From the NCBI GenBank assembly GCA_963775425.1, contig CAVZJB010000003.1:128001-192000 (forward strand): a DNA stretch of 64,000 bases. The letters run 5' to 3'. The position numbers and the translations under genes were made by a program. The notes below the pieces were generated by a model that was given only the letters and a program-made list of their open reading frames with translations, had not been told where the DNA came from and did no database searches. Origin of the DNA: an uncultured delta proteobacterium (GTDB lineage: Bacteria; Myxococcota; UBA727; VGSZ01). Below are positions 18,431 to 27,621 of this stretch, piece after piece. How positions within the stretch are numbered: the first letter of the stretch is position 1; each line of letters begins with the position of its first letter.

Positions 18431-19102
18431 CTACGGGCAGTCGAAGTTGGGCGCGGTGCCGGCGGGCTCCTCGCCACGCGGGATCGCGCAGATCAGCCCG
18501 TGGGCGTTGACGAGGACCTTCTTGATGTTTCCGTTGCCGGGCAGATTGAGGCCTGAGTCGACGATGCTCACGACCGCGTCGTCGTTGTCGACCTTCGGGT
18601 TGCCGCTCCCGTCCACGTCGTTGGAGAAGACGCGTCCGTTGGGGCGGAAGCGGATCTCGTCGGTGAAGCCGGTGGCGGCGGCGCCGGGGGCGGGGATGGT
18701 GGCGCTCGACTCGTGCGGCACCTGGCTGCCGTTGGTGCCGTCGAGGAAGACCTTCAACGTGACGGACTCGATGGTGTCGCTGACGACCTGGATCCACACG
18801 CCCTTGCCGGGATCGATCTTCGTCGCGCTGTCGGGGTCGTTGTCGCAGTCGAAGGTGTTGAGACGCTCGGCCACGAGCTGACGGTTGTTGCGAACGGTGA
18901 CGCGCACGCAGCGCTTGCTCACCATGGCCTCGTTCTGGGCGCGGGCGATGAACGTCGCGATCTGGTCGCCGGCGCTGTTCAGACGCGCCCTGTGGATGGC
19001 GCCGAGCAGCGAGGGGGCGGCCAAAGCAGCCATGACGCCGAGGATGGCCACGACCACCATGACCTCGATGAGCGAAAAAGCGCGCGCTTTCGGGCTGGAC
19101 AC
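18431..19102 (-). CDS. FimT/FimU/GspH-like minor pilin
   Basis: KARA|FSLIEVMVVVAILGVMAALAAPS; ARAQNEA; IRFRPNG. Confidence 0.85.
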   Translation of the reverse strand: MSSPKARAFSLIEVMVVVAILGVMAALAAPSLLGAIHRARLNSAGDQIATFIARAQNEAMVSKRCVRVTVRNNRQLVAERLNTFDCDNDPDSATKIDPGKGVWIQVVSDTIESVTLKVFLDGTNGSQVPHESSATIPAPGAAATGFTDEIRFRPNGRVFSNDVDGSGNPKVDNDDAVVSIVDSGLNLPGNGNIKKVLVNAHGLICAIPRGEEPAGTAPNFDCP

Positions 19103-19275
19103 GGCGTCAGGATAGCCGGGGTGGTACCCGAGCGCGAACTGTCTCGTGGGAGCGCGGACTATCGCCCACCGGGTTGTTGTAGCCGGCAGGCAGACATCGG
19201 CGTGTCCCGCACACGCGAGGCCGGTCTGCGGTATCGTGCGCGCATGCGCTCGTGTCCCCTCGCGACGAGGACGCC

Positions 19276-19476
19276 GTGGATCCTTTGAGCCCCACCGTCC
19301 TGGCTGTGGGCGGAGCGCTCACCGCGCTCGTCGTCGCGCTCGTGCTCTGGAAGATCCTCAAGCTCGCGCTCAAGGTCATCCTCTTCGTCGTGGTGATGGT
19401 CGTCCTCGCCGCGGGCGTGGGCGTGTACCTGCAGCATGGACGCGTGGGGCTTCCCGTGCCGTCGCCGTCGCGGTAG
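19276..19476 (+). CDS. Small two-helix membrane protein
   Basis: Two hydrophobic stretches and GC3-biased codons; start uncertain. Confidence 0.55.
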   Translation: MDPLSPTVLAVGGALTALVVALVLWKILKLALKVILFVVVMVVLAAGVGVYLQHGRVGLPVPSPSR

Positions 19477-19484
19477 CGAACGCC

Positions 19485-19736
19485 ATGGTCGACCCCTTCC
19501 TCCTCGAGATCCTCGTGTGCCCCGAGACCAAGGCCAACGTCTCGCTCGCGCCGCCCGAGGTGGTCCTCGGGCTCAACGAGGCCATCGAGAAGGGCACGCT
19601 GGTCAACCGTGGCGGCCGCCGCGTCACCGAGCGCATCCAGGCCGCGCTCGTTCGCCAGGACAACGAGGTCGCCTACCCCGTCCGCGACGGCGTCCCCGTC
19701 ATGCTCGTCGACGAGCAGCTCTCCCTCCGGCGCTGA
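19485..19736 (+). CDS. Trm112-family (YcaR-like) protein
   Basis: MVDPFLLEILVCPETK...YPVRDGVPVMLVDE. Confidence 0.85.
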   Translation: MVDPFLLEILVCPETKANVSLAPPEVVLGLNEAIEKGTLVNRGGRRVTERIQAALVRQDNEVAYPVRDGVPVMLVDEQLSLRR

Positions 19737-19743
19737 TTCGTCC

Positions 19744-21972
19744 CTAGCGGCACGGCGGCGGCGGAGGGCGGCTGAGGCGCGCGAGCGCTTCGCAGCGGAC
19801 GGCCACCTCGGCGTCGTCGAGGGGCGCGCCGTCGCCGCCGACGCCGAGGTCTGGCGTGAGCGCTTCCCACGGGCCGCGCAGGGCGCCTCTCGTTGGACCG
19901 TCGACGAGCTCGAGCCACGGCAGATCGAGGGTGTGCACACGATCTCCGGGCGGGCGATGCAGGCGCGGGAAGACGATGGCCTTCAGCAGGGCGTCGGGCG
20001 ACAGCGGGGCCTCGAGCGCGGCGATCAGCCCGTCGCCCCAGCGCGCGGGGTGCAGCGAAGGTGCGTCGCCGCAGACGAGCTCTGCGTACTCGGCCTTGAG
20101 CGCGACCATCACGCACGCCGGGAACGCGTCGAGGAGCGTGCGCGAGAGGATGTCGATGCCCTCGGGGCCGGCGCTCGCGTCGACCCACGCGGCGTAGACG
20201 CCGCCCGGCGCGAGGTGCGCGCGCGCGAGCGCGAGGAAGTCCGCGGAGTACAGCTTGCTCGACGCATAGAAGCGAGGGATGTTGACGGTGTTGAGGATGA
20301 CGTCGTAGCGCGCCGTGTCCGCCGCCAGCGTCGACAAGCCGTCTCCCTGCACAATCTCCACGTTGTCGTTGTCGAACAAGCCGAGGCTGCGCGGCGCGAG
20401 CTCCGGCGCCAGGGCGAGCACCGCGGGGCTCACCTCGACGACGCGCGTGTGCTGCATGAGCGACGCCGTCGCGCCGGCGCTGATGCCGGTGCCGAGCCCG
20501 AGGACGAGCGCGCGCTCGCGCCGCGCCGCGAGCGTCGGCGGCACGGCGCCGACGATGAGCTCGGCGGGGTTGGTGCGCCCGAGGCGCGACACGCGCATGC
20601 TCACGTAGCCGTCGAGGACGAGGGTGTCGTCCCCCGTGGCGTCGCGCACGAGGCTCGCCTCGGTGCCGAGCTTGCGCACGCCGCGCGTGGTCACCGCGCC
20701 TTGCTCGACCCACGCGAGCGTCGTCGTGGAGGCGAGGGCGGCGTCGCCGGCGGCCATGACGCCTTTGGGCCACAGGAGCGAGGGCGCGAGCGCCAGCGCC
20801 AGCGCGGCGACGACGGCCGGACGCAGGCGCACCGACGCCAGCAGGAGCGCCGTCGCCGCGGCCGCGCCGGGGATCAACGTGGCGAGCACGCCGTCGGGGA
20901 CGTGCTCCCACACGACGAGCACGCCCGCCGCGTAGCCGACGACGTTGCCGGCGCACGACACGAACAACAGTTGCGCCCCTGGATACCCGCGGCGCTCGAG
21001 CGCCGGCACCGTGGCCCCGAACGCCGCCGCGGGGACCACGGCGAGCGGCAGGGCGACGACGAAGCGCATCCAGGTCGAGGGCGTATCCGCGCTGCTCTCG
21101 AACAAGCGCGCGCACGCGTGGGCGAGAGGTGACACGAGGCAGAAGGCGCCTGCGGTGAGCACGCCGGCCGCCAGGCACACGTGCGCGAGCGGCGCGCGCA
21201 GGCGCGTGAAGACGGCGGCGGCGACCGAGATCCCGACGAGGTTGCCGCACAGGAGCATCGCGAAGCTCTCGTGGTACGGGCCGACGAGCACCTCGGCGAT
21301 CTTGAGGACGAAGAGCTGCGACAAGCCGCTCAGGACGCTCATGAGCGCGAGCGTCGCGAGCTGTCGATCCGCCCGCCGCAGCGGCGTCGCCGGCGCCCGC
21401 CGCGCGCGGGCGAAGCGGAACAGGAGGGCGGCGTCGAGGACGTTGACGCCGCCGACGACGACGAGCGTGAGCCGCAAGCCGAGGTGCGGCAACAGCGCGC
21501 CCTCGACGGCGAGCACGCACGCGGCGGCGCCGACGTTGTACAGGGCGTAGACGCGGGCGAAGCGGCCGCGGTCGGCGTCGGCGAGCCACGGGATGGCCAC
21601 GCCGAGCAAGAGCGCGGGGGGCGCGGCGAAGGCGCCGACGACCGCGATGACGGCGAACGGCCCGTGCGCCCCGAGCGGCGCCACCGTCTCGAGCACGGGC
21701 GCCGCAGCCAACAGCAGCGCCACCAGCGCGGCGTACGCGCCCGCGCCGAGCTCGCACCACCACAGCGAGCGCAGCCGGCGGGCCCACAGGGCGCCGGCGC
21801 CCATGCCGCCGAGGAACGCCGCGAGGATGGCCGCGTCGACGTAGAAGAGGTCGCCGAGGTACGTGGTCAACAGCCGCGAGTAGAGCTGCTCGTAGGCGAG
21901 GCCGCAGACGCCGGCGGCGAAGGTGACGACGGCGAGGACCGCGGCGTTGCCGCGCGACGTCGCCCCGGTCAC
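19744..21972 (-). CDS. Membrane-fused spermidine synthase-like SAM-dependent protein
   Basis: N-terminal multi-TM (GLAYEQLYSRLL, FLGGMGAGA) and C-terminal LVLGLGTGIS, VEVSP, GDG, YDVI motifs. GTGA overlap with the upstream gene. Confidence 0.8.
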   Translation of the reverse strand: MTGATSRGNAAVLAVVTFAAGVCGLAYEQLYSRLLTTYLGDLFYVDAAILAAFLGGMGAGALWARRLRSLWWCELGAGAYAALVALLLAAAPVLETVAPLGAHGPFAVIAVVGAFAAPPALLLGVAIPWLADADRGRFARVYALYNVGAAACVLAVEGALLPHLGLRLTLVVVGGVNVLDAALLFRFARARRAPATPLRRADRQLATLALMSVLSGLSQLFVLKIAEVLVGPYHESFAMLLCGNLVGISVAAAVFTRLRAPLAHVCLAAGVLTAGAFCLVSPLAHACARLFESSADTPSTWMRFVVALPLAVVPAAAFGATVPALERRGYPGAQLLFVSCAGNVVGYAAGVLVVWEHVPDGVLATLIPGAAAATALLLASVRLRPAVVAALALALAPSLLWPKGVMAAGDAALASTTTLAWVEQGAVTTRGVRKLGTEASLVRDATGDDTLVLDGYVSMRVSRLGRTNPAELIVGAVPPTLAARRERALVLGLGTGISAGATASLMQHTRVVEVSPAVLALAPELAPRSLGLFDNDNVEIVQGDGLSTLAADTARYDVILNTVNIPRFYASSKLYSADFLALARAHLAPGGVYAAWVDASAGPEGIDILSRTLLDAFPACVMVALKAEYAELVCGDAPSLHPARWGDGLIAALEAPLSPDALLKAIVFPRLHRPPGDRVHTLDLPWLELVDGPTRGALRGPWEALTPDLGVGGDGAPLDDAEVAVRCEALARLSRPPPPPCR

Positions 21973-22919
21973 GGCGCGCCCTTGGCGGCGGGGCGGAGGG
22001 CGCGGCGCACCCGGGTGAGCCACCGCGGCGGGTCGCACGGGGAGACGGCGAGCACCATCCACAAAAGCGGCACGTTGGTGAGGAACGGGATGTGGAGCGT
22101 CGCGTCGATGGCGACGTGAAGGAGCGTGAGCGCGAGGGCGAGCGGCACGCGCAGCGGGCGGACGAACACCAGGAACGCGGAGCACTCGAGCGCGAGCGAG
22201 ATCGCCTGGCACGCGAGCGCGAGGCGCCGGTCGGCGACGATCCAGTGCGTGAGCGCGCTGTGGGGATCGCCGAGCGTGAGCATCCACAACTGCAAGGAGA
22301 GGCCGTCGGCCCAGGCCGGCCCGCACGCCCTGAGCTTGGCGAGCCCGGCGTACGTGTAGAACTGCGCGATGCACAGGAGCCAGAGCGTGTGCACCCAACG
22401 CGGCATGCGCGCGCGCTCGAACGCCGCCGGTCCTCGATCGGCGCCCCGCGGCCGCTCGAACGTCTCCCACAGCGCCGCCACGATCAGCATCAGGTTCGGG
22501 AGCAGATACTTGTGGCGGAAGTACGGCAGGTTCTCCCAGAACAGCGAGACCGTGAGCGTGTACAGGAGCACCGCCGCCCACGACGTCCACGGCACCCACC
22601 GCCGCGCCGCCCACGCCACCGCGGCGACGACGAACCCGATGCGGCACACGTCGTAGGCGAGCGGGGCGTCGATGAACGCGCGCGGGAGCAGGAGGCCCGC
22701 CAACGACACGGTGGCGCCCTTGTCGAGGGCGCGCGGCAAGCGCTCCATGGTGAGCAGGATCGTGCCGCACACGGCGAGGAGCACCCAGACGGTGGCGCGC
22801 CCCCACAGCGGGTCGCAGCGCTCGGTCTCGCGGGTCCACCACGCCCCGGCGCGCGCCGCGATGGTCGGCCCGAGCGCACCGCGGAGGCTTGGGGGCGCGT
22901 GGTCCGCCGGGAGGGTCAT
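21969..22919 (-). CDS. HTTM/VKGC (SdpB-like) membrane protein
   Basis: FYTYAGLAKL...W.DG..L, LEC, LH..I....I.F motifs of HTTM-like proteins. Confidence 0.65.
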   Translation of the reverse strand: MTLPADHAPPSLRGALGPTIAARAGAWWTRETERCDPLWGRATVWVLLAVCGTILLTMERLPRALDKGATVSLAGLLLPRAFIDAPLAYDVCRIGFVVAAVAWAARRWVPWTSWAAVLLYTLTVSLFWENLPYFRHKYLLPNLMLIVAALWETFERPRGADRGPAAFERARMPRWVHTLWLLCIAQFYTYAGLAKLRACGPAWADGLSLQLWMLTLGDPHSALTHWIVADRRLALACQAISLALECSAFLVFVRPLRVPLALALTLLHVAIDATLHIPFLTNVPLLWMVLAVSPCDPPRWLTRVRRALRPAAKGAP

Positions 22920-23356
22920 CGGTCGATGCGCCATTTCTTCGTCGAGACGACGCCGACGTGGAGCGCGTCGAGCGGGCCGCGCACGCGTTGGGTGACGGTC
23001 ACGAAGGGCAGGTCGGGGTGCTCGGCGAGCCGCGCGCGCACGAGGGCGCGCAGGTGCGCGTCGTCGAGGACGACGTTGTAGCCGTGCGGCGTCGCGCGCC
23101 CGACGCGCCCGTAGCCGCTGCGCCAGGACTGGTGCAGCGGCGGGTCGTGGGGCTCGGCGAGGGCGAGGCCGAAGGGCGCGGGCGGCAGGCTGTGGCCCGC
23201 CGGATCCCGCACTTCGTATTCGGCGATCTGGTGCACGCGGAACGAGAACATCGTGGGGGTTGAGAACGGATAGAGCTCGAGGACGAAGGGCGGGACGCCG
23301 AGGAACAGGGCGGCGAACACCGCCACCGCCGCCAGCTCGGCGCGCTTGTCGACCAC
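22916..23356 (-). CDS. Single-TM partner protein of the HTTM gene
   Basis: N-terminal TM followed by ELYPFS.P.MF motif. ATGA overlap with the HTTM gene. Confidence 0.6.
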   Translation of the reverse strand: MVDKRAELAAVAVFAALFLGVPPFVLELYPFSTPTMFSFRVHQIAEYEVRDPAGHSLPPAPFGLALAEPHDPPLHQSWRSGYGRVGRATPHGYNVVLDDAHLRALVRARLAEHPDLPFVTVTQRVRGPLDALHVGVVSTKKWRIDR

Positions 23357-23390
23357 GGCCGAATCCTAGCAGCGCCGTCCCCGCCGCGGC

Positions 23391-23419
23391 TTGACAGAAT
23401 GTAACGATCGTTATATTAC
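23391..23419 (+). promoter_or_regulatory. sigma70-like promoter overlapped by palindromic operator
   Basis: TTGACA (23391-23396); perfect palindrome TAACGATCGTTA (23402-23413), extendable to aatgTAACGATCGTTAtatt; -10-like TATATT/TATTAC. Confidence 0.65.
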
Positions 23420-23425
23420 GTGCCC

Positions 23426-24955
23426 ATGGTCGCTCACATCCGCCCCCTCGATGTTCCTCCCCAGACGGCGCTGCCCGCGGCGCCCGTCCCCCACGAGCGC
23501 TTGCTGTCGACGATGAAGCGGATGGGCAACGACGACGCCGACTGGCGCGGCGGCCGCTGCTTCTCGCTCGTCTATCACGCGAGCGACGCGCACGCGGCGT
23601 TCCTCAAGGAGGCGCACGCGGTCTTCTTCGAGGAAAACGGCCTCAACCCGATGGCGTTCAAGAGCCTCAAGCGCATGGAGTCCGAGGTGGTGCGCATGAC
23701 CTGCTCGCTGTTCCACGGCGACGCGCGCACCTGCGGCACCATGACGTCGGGCGGCACCGAGTCGCTCCTCCTCGTCGTCAAGACCGCGCGTGACATGGCG
23801 AGGAAGACGCGCGGGGTGCGGCGGCCCGAGGTGGTGATGCCCGCCACCGGGCACGTGGCGTTCGACAAGGCCGCGCACTACTTCGGCGTGAAGATCCGCC
23901 GCGCGCGCGTCGGCGACGACTACCGCGTCGACGTCGACCACGTGCGGAGCCTCATCAACAAGAACACGGTGCTGATCGTCGGCTCGGCGCCGCAGTACCC
24001 CCACGGCGTGGTCGATCCCATCGAGGAGCTCGGCGCGCTGGCGCAGGAGCGGGGCGTGCCCTTGCACGTCGACGCCTGCGTCGGCGGCTTCCTCCTGCCG
24101 TTCCTCGAGAAGCTCGGGCGCCCGCTGCCGCTGTGGGACTTTCGCGTCCCCGGCGTGACGTCCATCTCCGCCGACCTGCACAAGTACGGCTACGCCGCAA
24201 AAGGCGCGTCGGTGCTCGTGTACCGCTCGCTCGACATGCTCAAGCACCAGTTCTTCGTCGCCACCGAGTTCCCCGGCGGCATCTACGCGTCCCCCACAAT
24301 CCCCGGCACGCGGCCCGGCGGCCCCATCGCCGCGGCGTGGGCGGGCATGCTCGCGCTCGGCGAGGAGGGCTACCTCGCGCTCGCGGAGAAGTCCGCCGCC
24401 GCCGCCGACGCGCTGCGCGCCGGCATCGAGCGGCTCGGCCTCGAGCTCATCGGCGCGCCGCACGCCACCATCGTCACCTGGCGGGCGCGCGACGTGAGCA
24501 CCTACGCCGTCGCCGACGCGCTCGAGGACCGCGGCTGGCACGCGGACCGCCAGCAGAACCCCGAGTGCATCCACCTCACCGTCACCGCCAACCACGCCCC
24601 CGTCGTCGAGCGCTACCTGGCGGACCTCGCCGCCGCGCTCGACGAGGTGCGCGCGGATCCTGCCCGGAAGAGCCGGGGCAACGCCGCCATGTACGGGATG
24701 ATGGCCAAGGTGCCCGCGCGCTTCCTCGTGAAGGACGCCGTGCAGAAGGTGATGGAGGGCATGTACGGCCCCGATGGCAAGCAGCCCGACCTCGAAAAGC
24801 CCGACGGCATCGTCGGCGTCATCCTCGAGCGCTATGGCGATCGCGCGCTGGCCATCCTCGACGCCGTCGACGACGCGCGCGCGCGCGTGGAGGCGCTGCG
24901 CGGCCGAGCGCGCAAGCTCGTCCGCCGCGGTCGTCGCGCCGGGAGGCGGTCATGA
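23426..24955 (+). CDS. Sphingosine-1-phosphate lyase-like PLP enzyme (group II decarboxylase family)
   Basis: GTMTSGGTES, HVAFDKAAHYF, GSAPQYPHGVVDPI, HVDACVGGF, SADLHKYG (PLP Lys), AAMYGMMA. Confidence 0.85.
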   Translation: MVAHIRPLDVPPQTALPAAPVPHERLLSTMKRMGNDDADWRGGRCFSLVYHASDAHAAFLKEAHAVFFEENGLNPMAFKSLKRMESEVVRMTCSLFHGDARTCGTMTSGGTESLLLVVKTARDMARKTRGVRRPEVVMPATGHVAFDKAAHYFGVKIRRARVGDDYRVDVDHVRSLINKNTVLIVGSAPQYPHGVVDPIEELGALAQERGVPLHVDACVGGFLLPFLEKLGRPLPLWDFRVPGVTSISADLHKYGYAAKGASVLVYRSLDMLKHQFFVATEFPGGIYASPTIPGTRPGGPIAAAWAGMLALGEEGYLALAEKSAAAADALRAGIERLGLELIGAPHATIVTWRARDVSTYAVADALEDRGWHADRQQNPECIHLTVTANHAPVVERYLADLAAALDEVRADPARKSRGNAAMYGMMAKVPARFLVKDAVQKVMEGMYGPDGKQPDLEKPDGIVGVILERYGDRALAILDAVDDARARVEALRGRARKLVRRGRRAGRRS

Positions 24956-26496
24956 GGCTCGCCTACGCCCGCTTCAACCAGGAGACCAACGCGCTGTCTC
25001 CGGTGGCCACCACGCTGCCCGAGTTCGAGCGTACGCACCTGCTCGCGGGCGACGCGCTCGGCAGCGCGTGCACGCGGGACAACACCGAGGCCGAGGGGTT
25101 CTTGAAGAACGCCGAGCTGTCCGGCTTCGTCGCCGCGTGCCGCAAGCGGGGCGTCGAGACCGTGCCGCTGGTGTCGGCGTGGGCCGTGCCGGGCGGGCCG
25201 CTGACACGCGCGTGCTTCGACGAGATCCTCGGGCGCATCACCCGCGCGCTCGCATCGGCCATCGACGCGGGTCACGGCGGCATCGACGGCGTCTACCTCT
25301 GTTTGCATGGCGCCATGGGCGTCTTCGGCCTCGACGATCCCGAAGGTGAGATCGTGCGCCGCGTGCGCGAGATCGCGGGCGACCGCCCCATCGTCGTCAG
25401 CTACGACCTGCACGGGAACGTGACGAGGGACGTCGTCGACAACATCGAGGCGCTCGTGGCCTATGCCACCAACCCCCACCGTGACCACGCGCGCACCGGG
25501 GCCCGCTCGGCGCGCATCCTCGTCGACGCGTGCGCCAAGAAGGCGCGGCCGGTCATGGCCTGGCGCAGCCTGCCGATGCTGCTCGGCGGCGGCACCACGC
25601 TCGACTTCTTCCCGCCGCTCCTGCAGATCTTCATGCGGATGCGCGCGCTCGAGCGCAGCGGCGCGGTGCTGAGCGCGAGCCTCTTGACCTGCCACCCCTG
25701 GAACCAGAACCCCGAGACGGGCTGGTCCGTCGTCGTCGTCACCGACGGCGATCCCGCCGCCGCCGAGCGCCTCGCCGACGAGCTCGCGGAGCGCGCGTGG
25801 GCCACGCGCCACCAACTGCCGCCGGTGTTCGAGACGTCCGCCGCCGCCATCGAAAAGGCGCGCGCGGCCAAGCTGCGACGGCGCCTGGGCGCGGTGGTGC
25901 TCGCGGACGCCAGCGACGTCGTCTCCGCCGGCGCCCCCGGCGAGAGCACCGCGCTGCTGGGCGCGCTCGTGCGCGACGCGCAGGGGCTCGTGTGCTTCGC
26001 GCCCATCCGCGATCCCGCGGTGGTCGACGCGCTGTGGGACAAGAACGAGGGCGAGCTCGTCGACGTCGAGCTCGGCGGAAAGCTCGACCCGGCCAGAAAC
26101 GCGCCGTTGGCGGTGAGCGCCGTCCTCGAGAAGAAGACCCGCTCGCACGGCGTCGACCGCACGCTGGTCCTCGCCGTCGGGACGGTGAAGATCGTCGTCG
26201 TCGAGGGGCCCGCGTTGGCCATCCGGCCGGCGTTCTTCAAAAACGCGGGGCTCGATCCGTGGAAGGCCGACGTCATCGTCGTGAAGAACTTCTTCCCCTT
26301 CCGGATGTTCTTCCTGCCGCTGTCGCGCCTCACGCTCTACGTGCGCACCGCGGGCGTCACGGACTTCGACGCGTCGTTCTCGCTGACGTTCGCCGGCCCC
26401 ATGCACCCCCGTGACCCCGTCTCGGGTTGGCGCGAGACCGACGCGCGCCGCCGCGCCACCGTCCCCGAGGGCGTGGCCCGCCGCCCCGCGGCCTGA
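24952..26496 (+). CDS. M81 family (MlrC-like) metallo-hydrolase
   Basis: FNQETNALS, LCLHGAM, DLHGN, TNPHRD motifs. ATGA overlap with the lyase. Confidence 0.85.
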   Translation: MRLAYARFNQETNALSPVATTLPEFERTHLLAGDALGSACTRDNTEAEGFLKNAELSGFVAACRKRGVETVPLVSAWAVPGGPLTRACFDEILGRITRALASAIDAGHGGIDGVYLCLHGAMGVFGLDDPEGEIVRRVREIAGDRPIVVSYDLHGNVTRDVVDNIEALVAYATNPHRDHARTGARSARILVDACAKKARPVMAWRSLPMLLGGGTTLDFFPPLLQIFMRMRALERSGAVLSASLLTCHPWNQNPETGWSVVVVTDGDPAAAERLADELAERAWATRHQLPPVFETSAAAIEKARAAKLRRRLGAVVLADASDVVSAGAPGESTALLGALVRDAQGLVCFAPIRDPAVVDALWDKNEGELVDVELGGKLDPARNAPLAVSAVLEKKTRSHGVDRTLVLAVGTVKIVVVEGPALAIRPAFFKNAGLDPWKADVIVVKNFFPFRMFFLPLSRLTLYVRTAGVTDFDASFSLTFAGPMHPRDPVSGWRETDARRRATVPEGVARRPAA

Positions 26497-26567
26497 TCGC
26501 GCTCGCGCGGAGCGAGTCGCTCAAGGTTTCGCCCCGCCGGGCCGATGCGAGCTCAGGAGGTGCGGAG

Positions 26568-26903
26568 ATGCAGCACAACCTCTTCGAGACATCGGACCGG
26601 CGCAGCGAGCGGAGGCGCGCGCTTGCGCTGGAGGGGTGGTTGCGCACACCCGACGGCGCCATCGCCGGCGTCGCCGTCCTCGACCTGTCCGCGGGCGGCG
26701 CGGGCCTCGCGGTGCTCGCCGCCGAGCCCGTCGAGGTGGGCGATCGCGTCGAGCTCGCGGTGGACCTCGGCCCCGGCGTCGAGGACGCGTGGATCCCCGG
26801 CCTGGTGCGCTGGCGCCGCCACGACCGGCTCGGGGTCTCCTTCGGCGCGCTCCCCACCCGCGTGCGCCGCGCCATCGCGCGCACGCTCGAGCACGCGTCG
26901 TGA
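26568..26903 (+). CDS. PilZ domain protein
   Basis: DRRSERR and DLSAGGA motifs (RxxxR, D/NxSxxG). Confidence 0.8.
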   Translation: MQHNLFETSDRRSERRRALALEGWLRTPDGAIAGVAVLDLSAGGAGLAVLAAEPVEVGDRVELAVDLGPGVEDAWIPGLVRWRRHDRLGVSFGALPTRVRRAIARTLEHAS

Positions 26904-27598
26904 GCCAGGGAGCGAGCTCCCGCGAGCGCAGGAGGCACCCGCGCGCGCCGCTGTCCATCCCGGCGACCCTCCTCGCCCCGAGGGCGGCGCCCGTCCGCTG
27001 CGCCGTCGAGAACCTCTCCGCGGGCGGGGCGCTGTTGAACGTGCCGGTGCCCGTGGACCACGAGGGGCCGCTGCGCGTGCGCCTGCGGCTCGGCGGGGGC
27101 GACGTCTACGCCACCGCGCGCGTCGTGCGGCGCCGCTCGGGCGTCAACGGCGACAACCTCGTCGCCGTCGCCTTCCGCGACGTTTCGCCCTCGAACGCGA
27201 AGGCCATCGCGCGCGCGGTGGAGTGCGCCAGCGCGCCGGTGCGCGTGCTCGTGGTCGACGACGACGAGGTCGTCCGCGGCGCCCTCGTCCGCGAGCTGTG
27301 GAAGCTCGGTGCCTCCGCGTTCCAGGTGGGCACCCTCGCCGCCGCCGTCGACGAGCTCGCTGACATGACCGCCTCCATCGACGTCGCCGTCGTCGACGCG
27401 CGCCTCGCCCCCGGAGACGGGCTCGCGCTCCTGCGGCACATCGCCACCGAGCAGCCCCAGATCCGGCGGGTGCTCATGTCGGGCCTGTTGAGCGCGGCCG
27501 AGCGCATGCGCGCCCAGACCTCGGGCGTCGCCGAGCACGTCATCGAGAAGCCCTGGGCGCACGCGGACCTCGAGCGCATCCTGCGCCCGGCGACCTAG
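26900..27598 (+). CDS. PilZ - response regulator receiver fusion
   Basis: ERRRHPR, NLSAGG, then VLVVDDD...VVD...DG...LMSG...KPW. Confidence 0.85.
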   Translation: MSQGASSRERRRHPRAPLSIPATLLAPRAAPVRCAVENLSAGGALLNVPVPVDHEGPLRVRLRLGGGDVYATARVVRRRSGVNGDNLVAVAFRDVSPSNAKAIARAVECASAPVRVLVVDDDEVVRGALVRELWKLGASAFQVGTLAAAVDELADMTASIDVAVVDARLAPGDGLALLRHIATEQPQIRRVLMSGLLSAAERMRAQTSGVAEHVIEKPWAHADLERILRPAT

Positions 27599-27621
27599 GC
27601 TGCGACCTGGGCTGGGGCGGG

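Noticed and set aside
24952-26496. Microcystin degradation (mlr) cluster
   Set aside because: No mlrA/mlrB/mlrD; M81 homologs are widespread outside that pathway.
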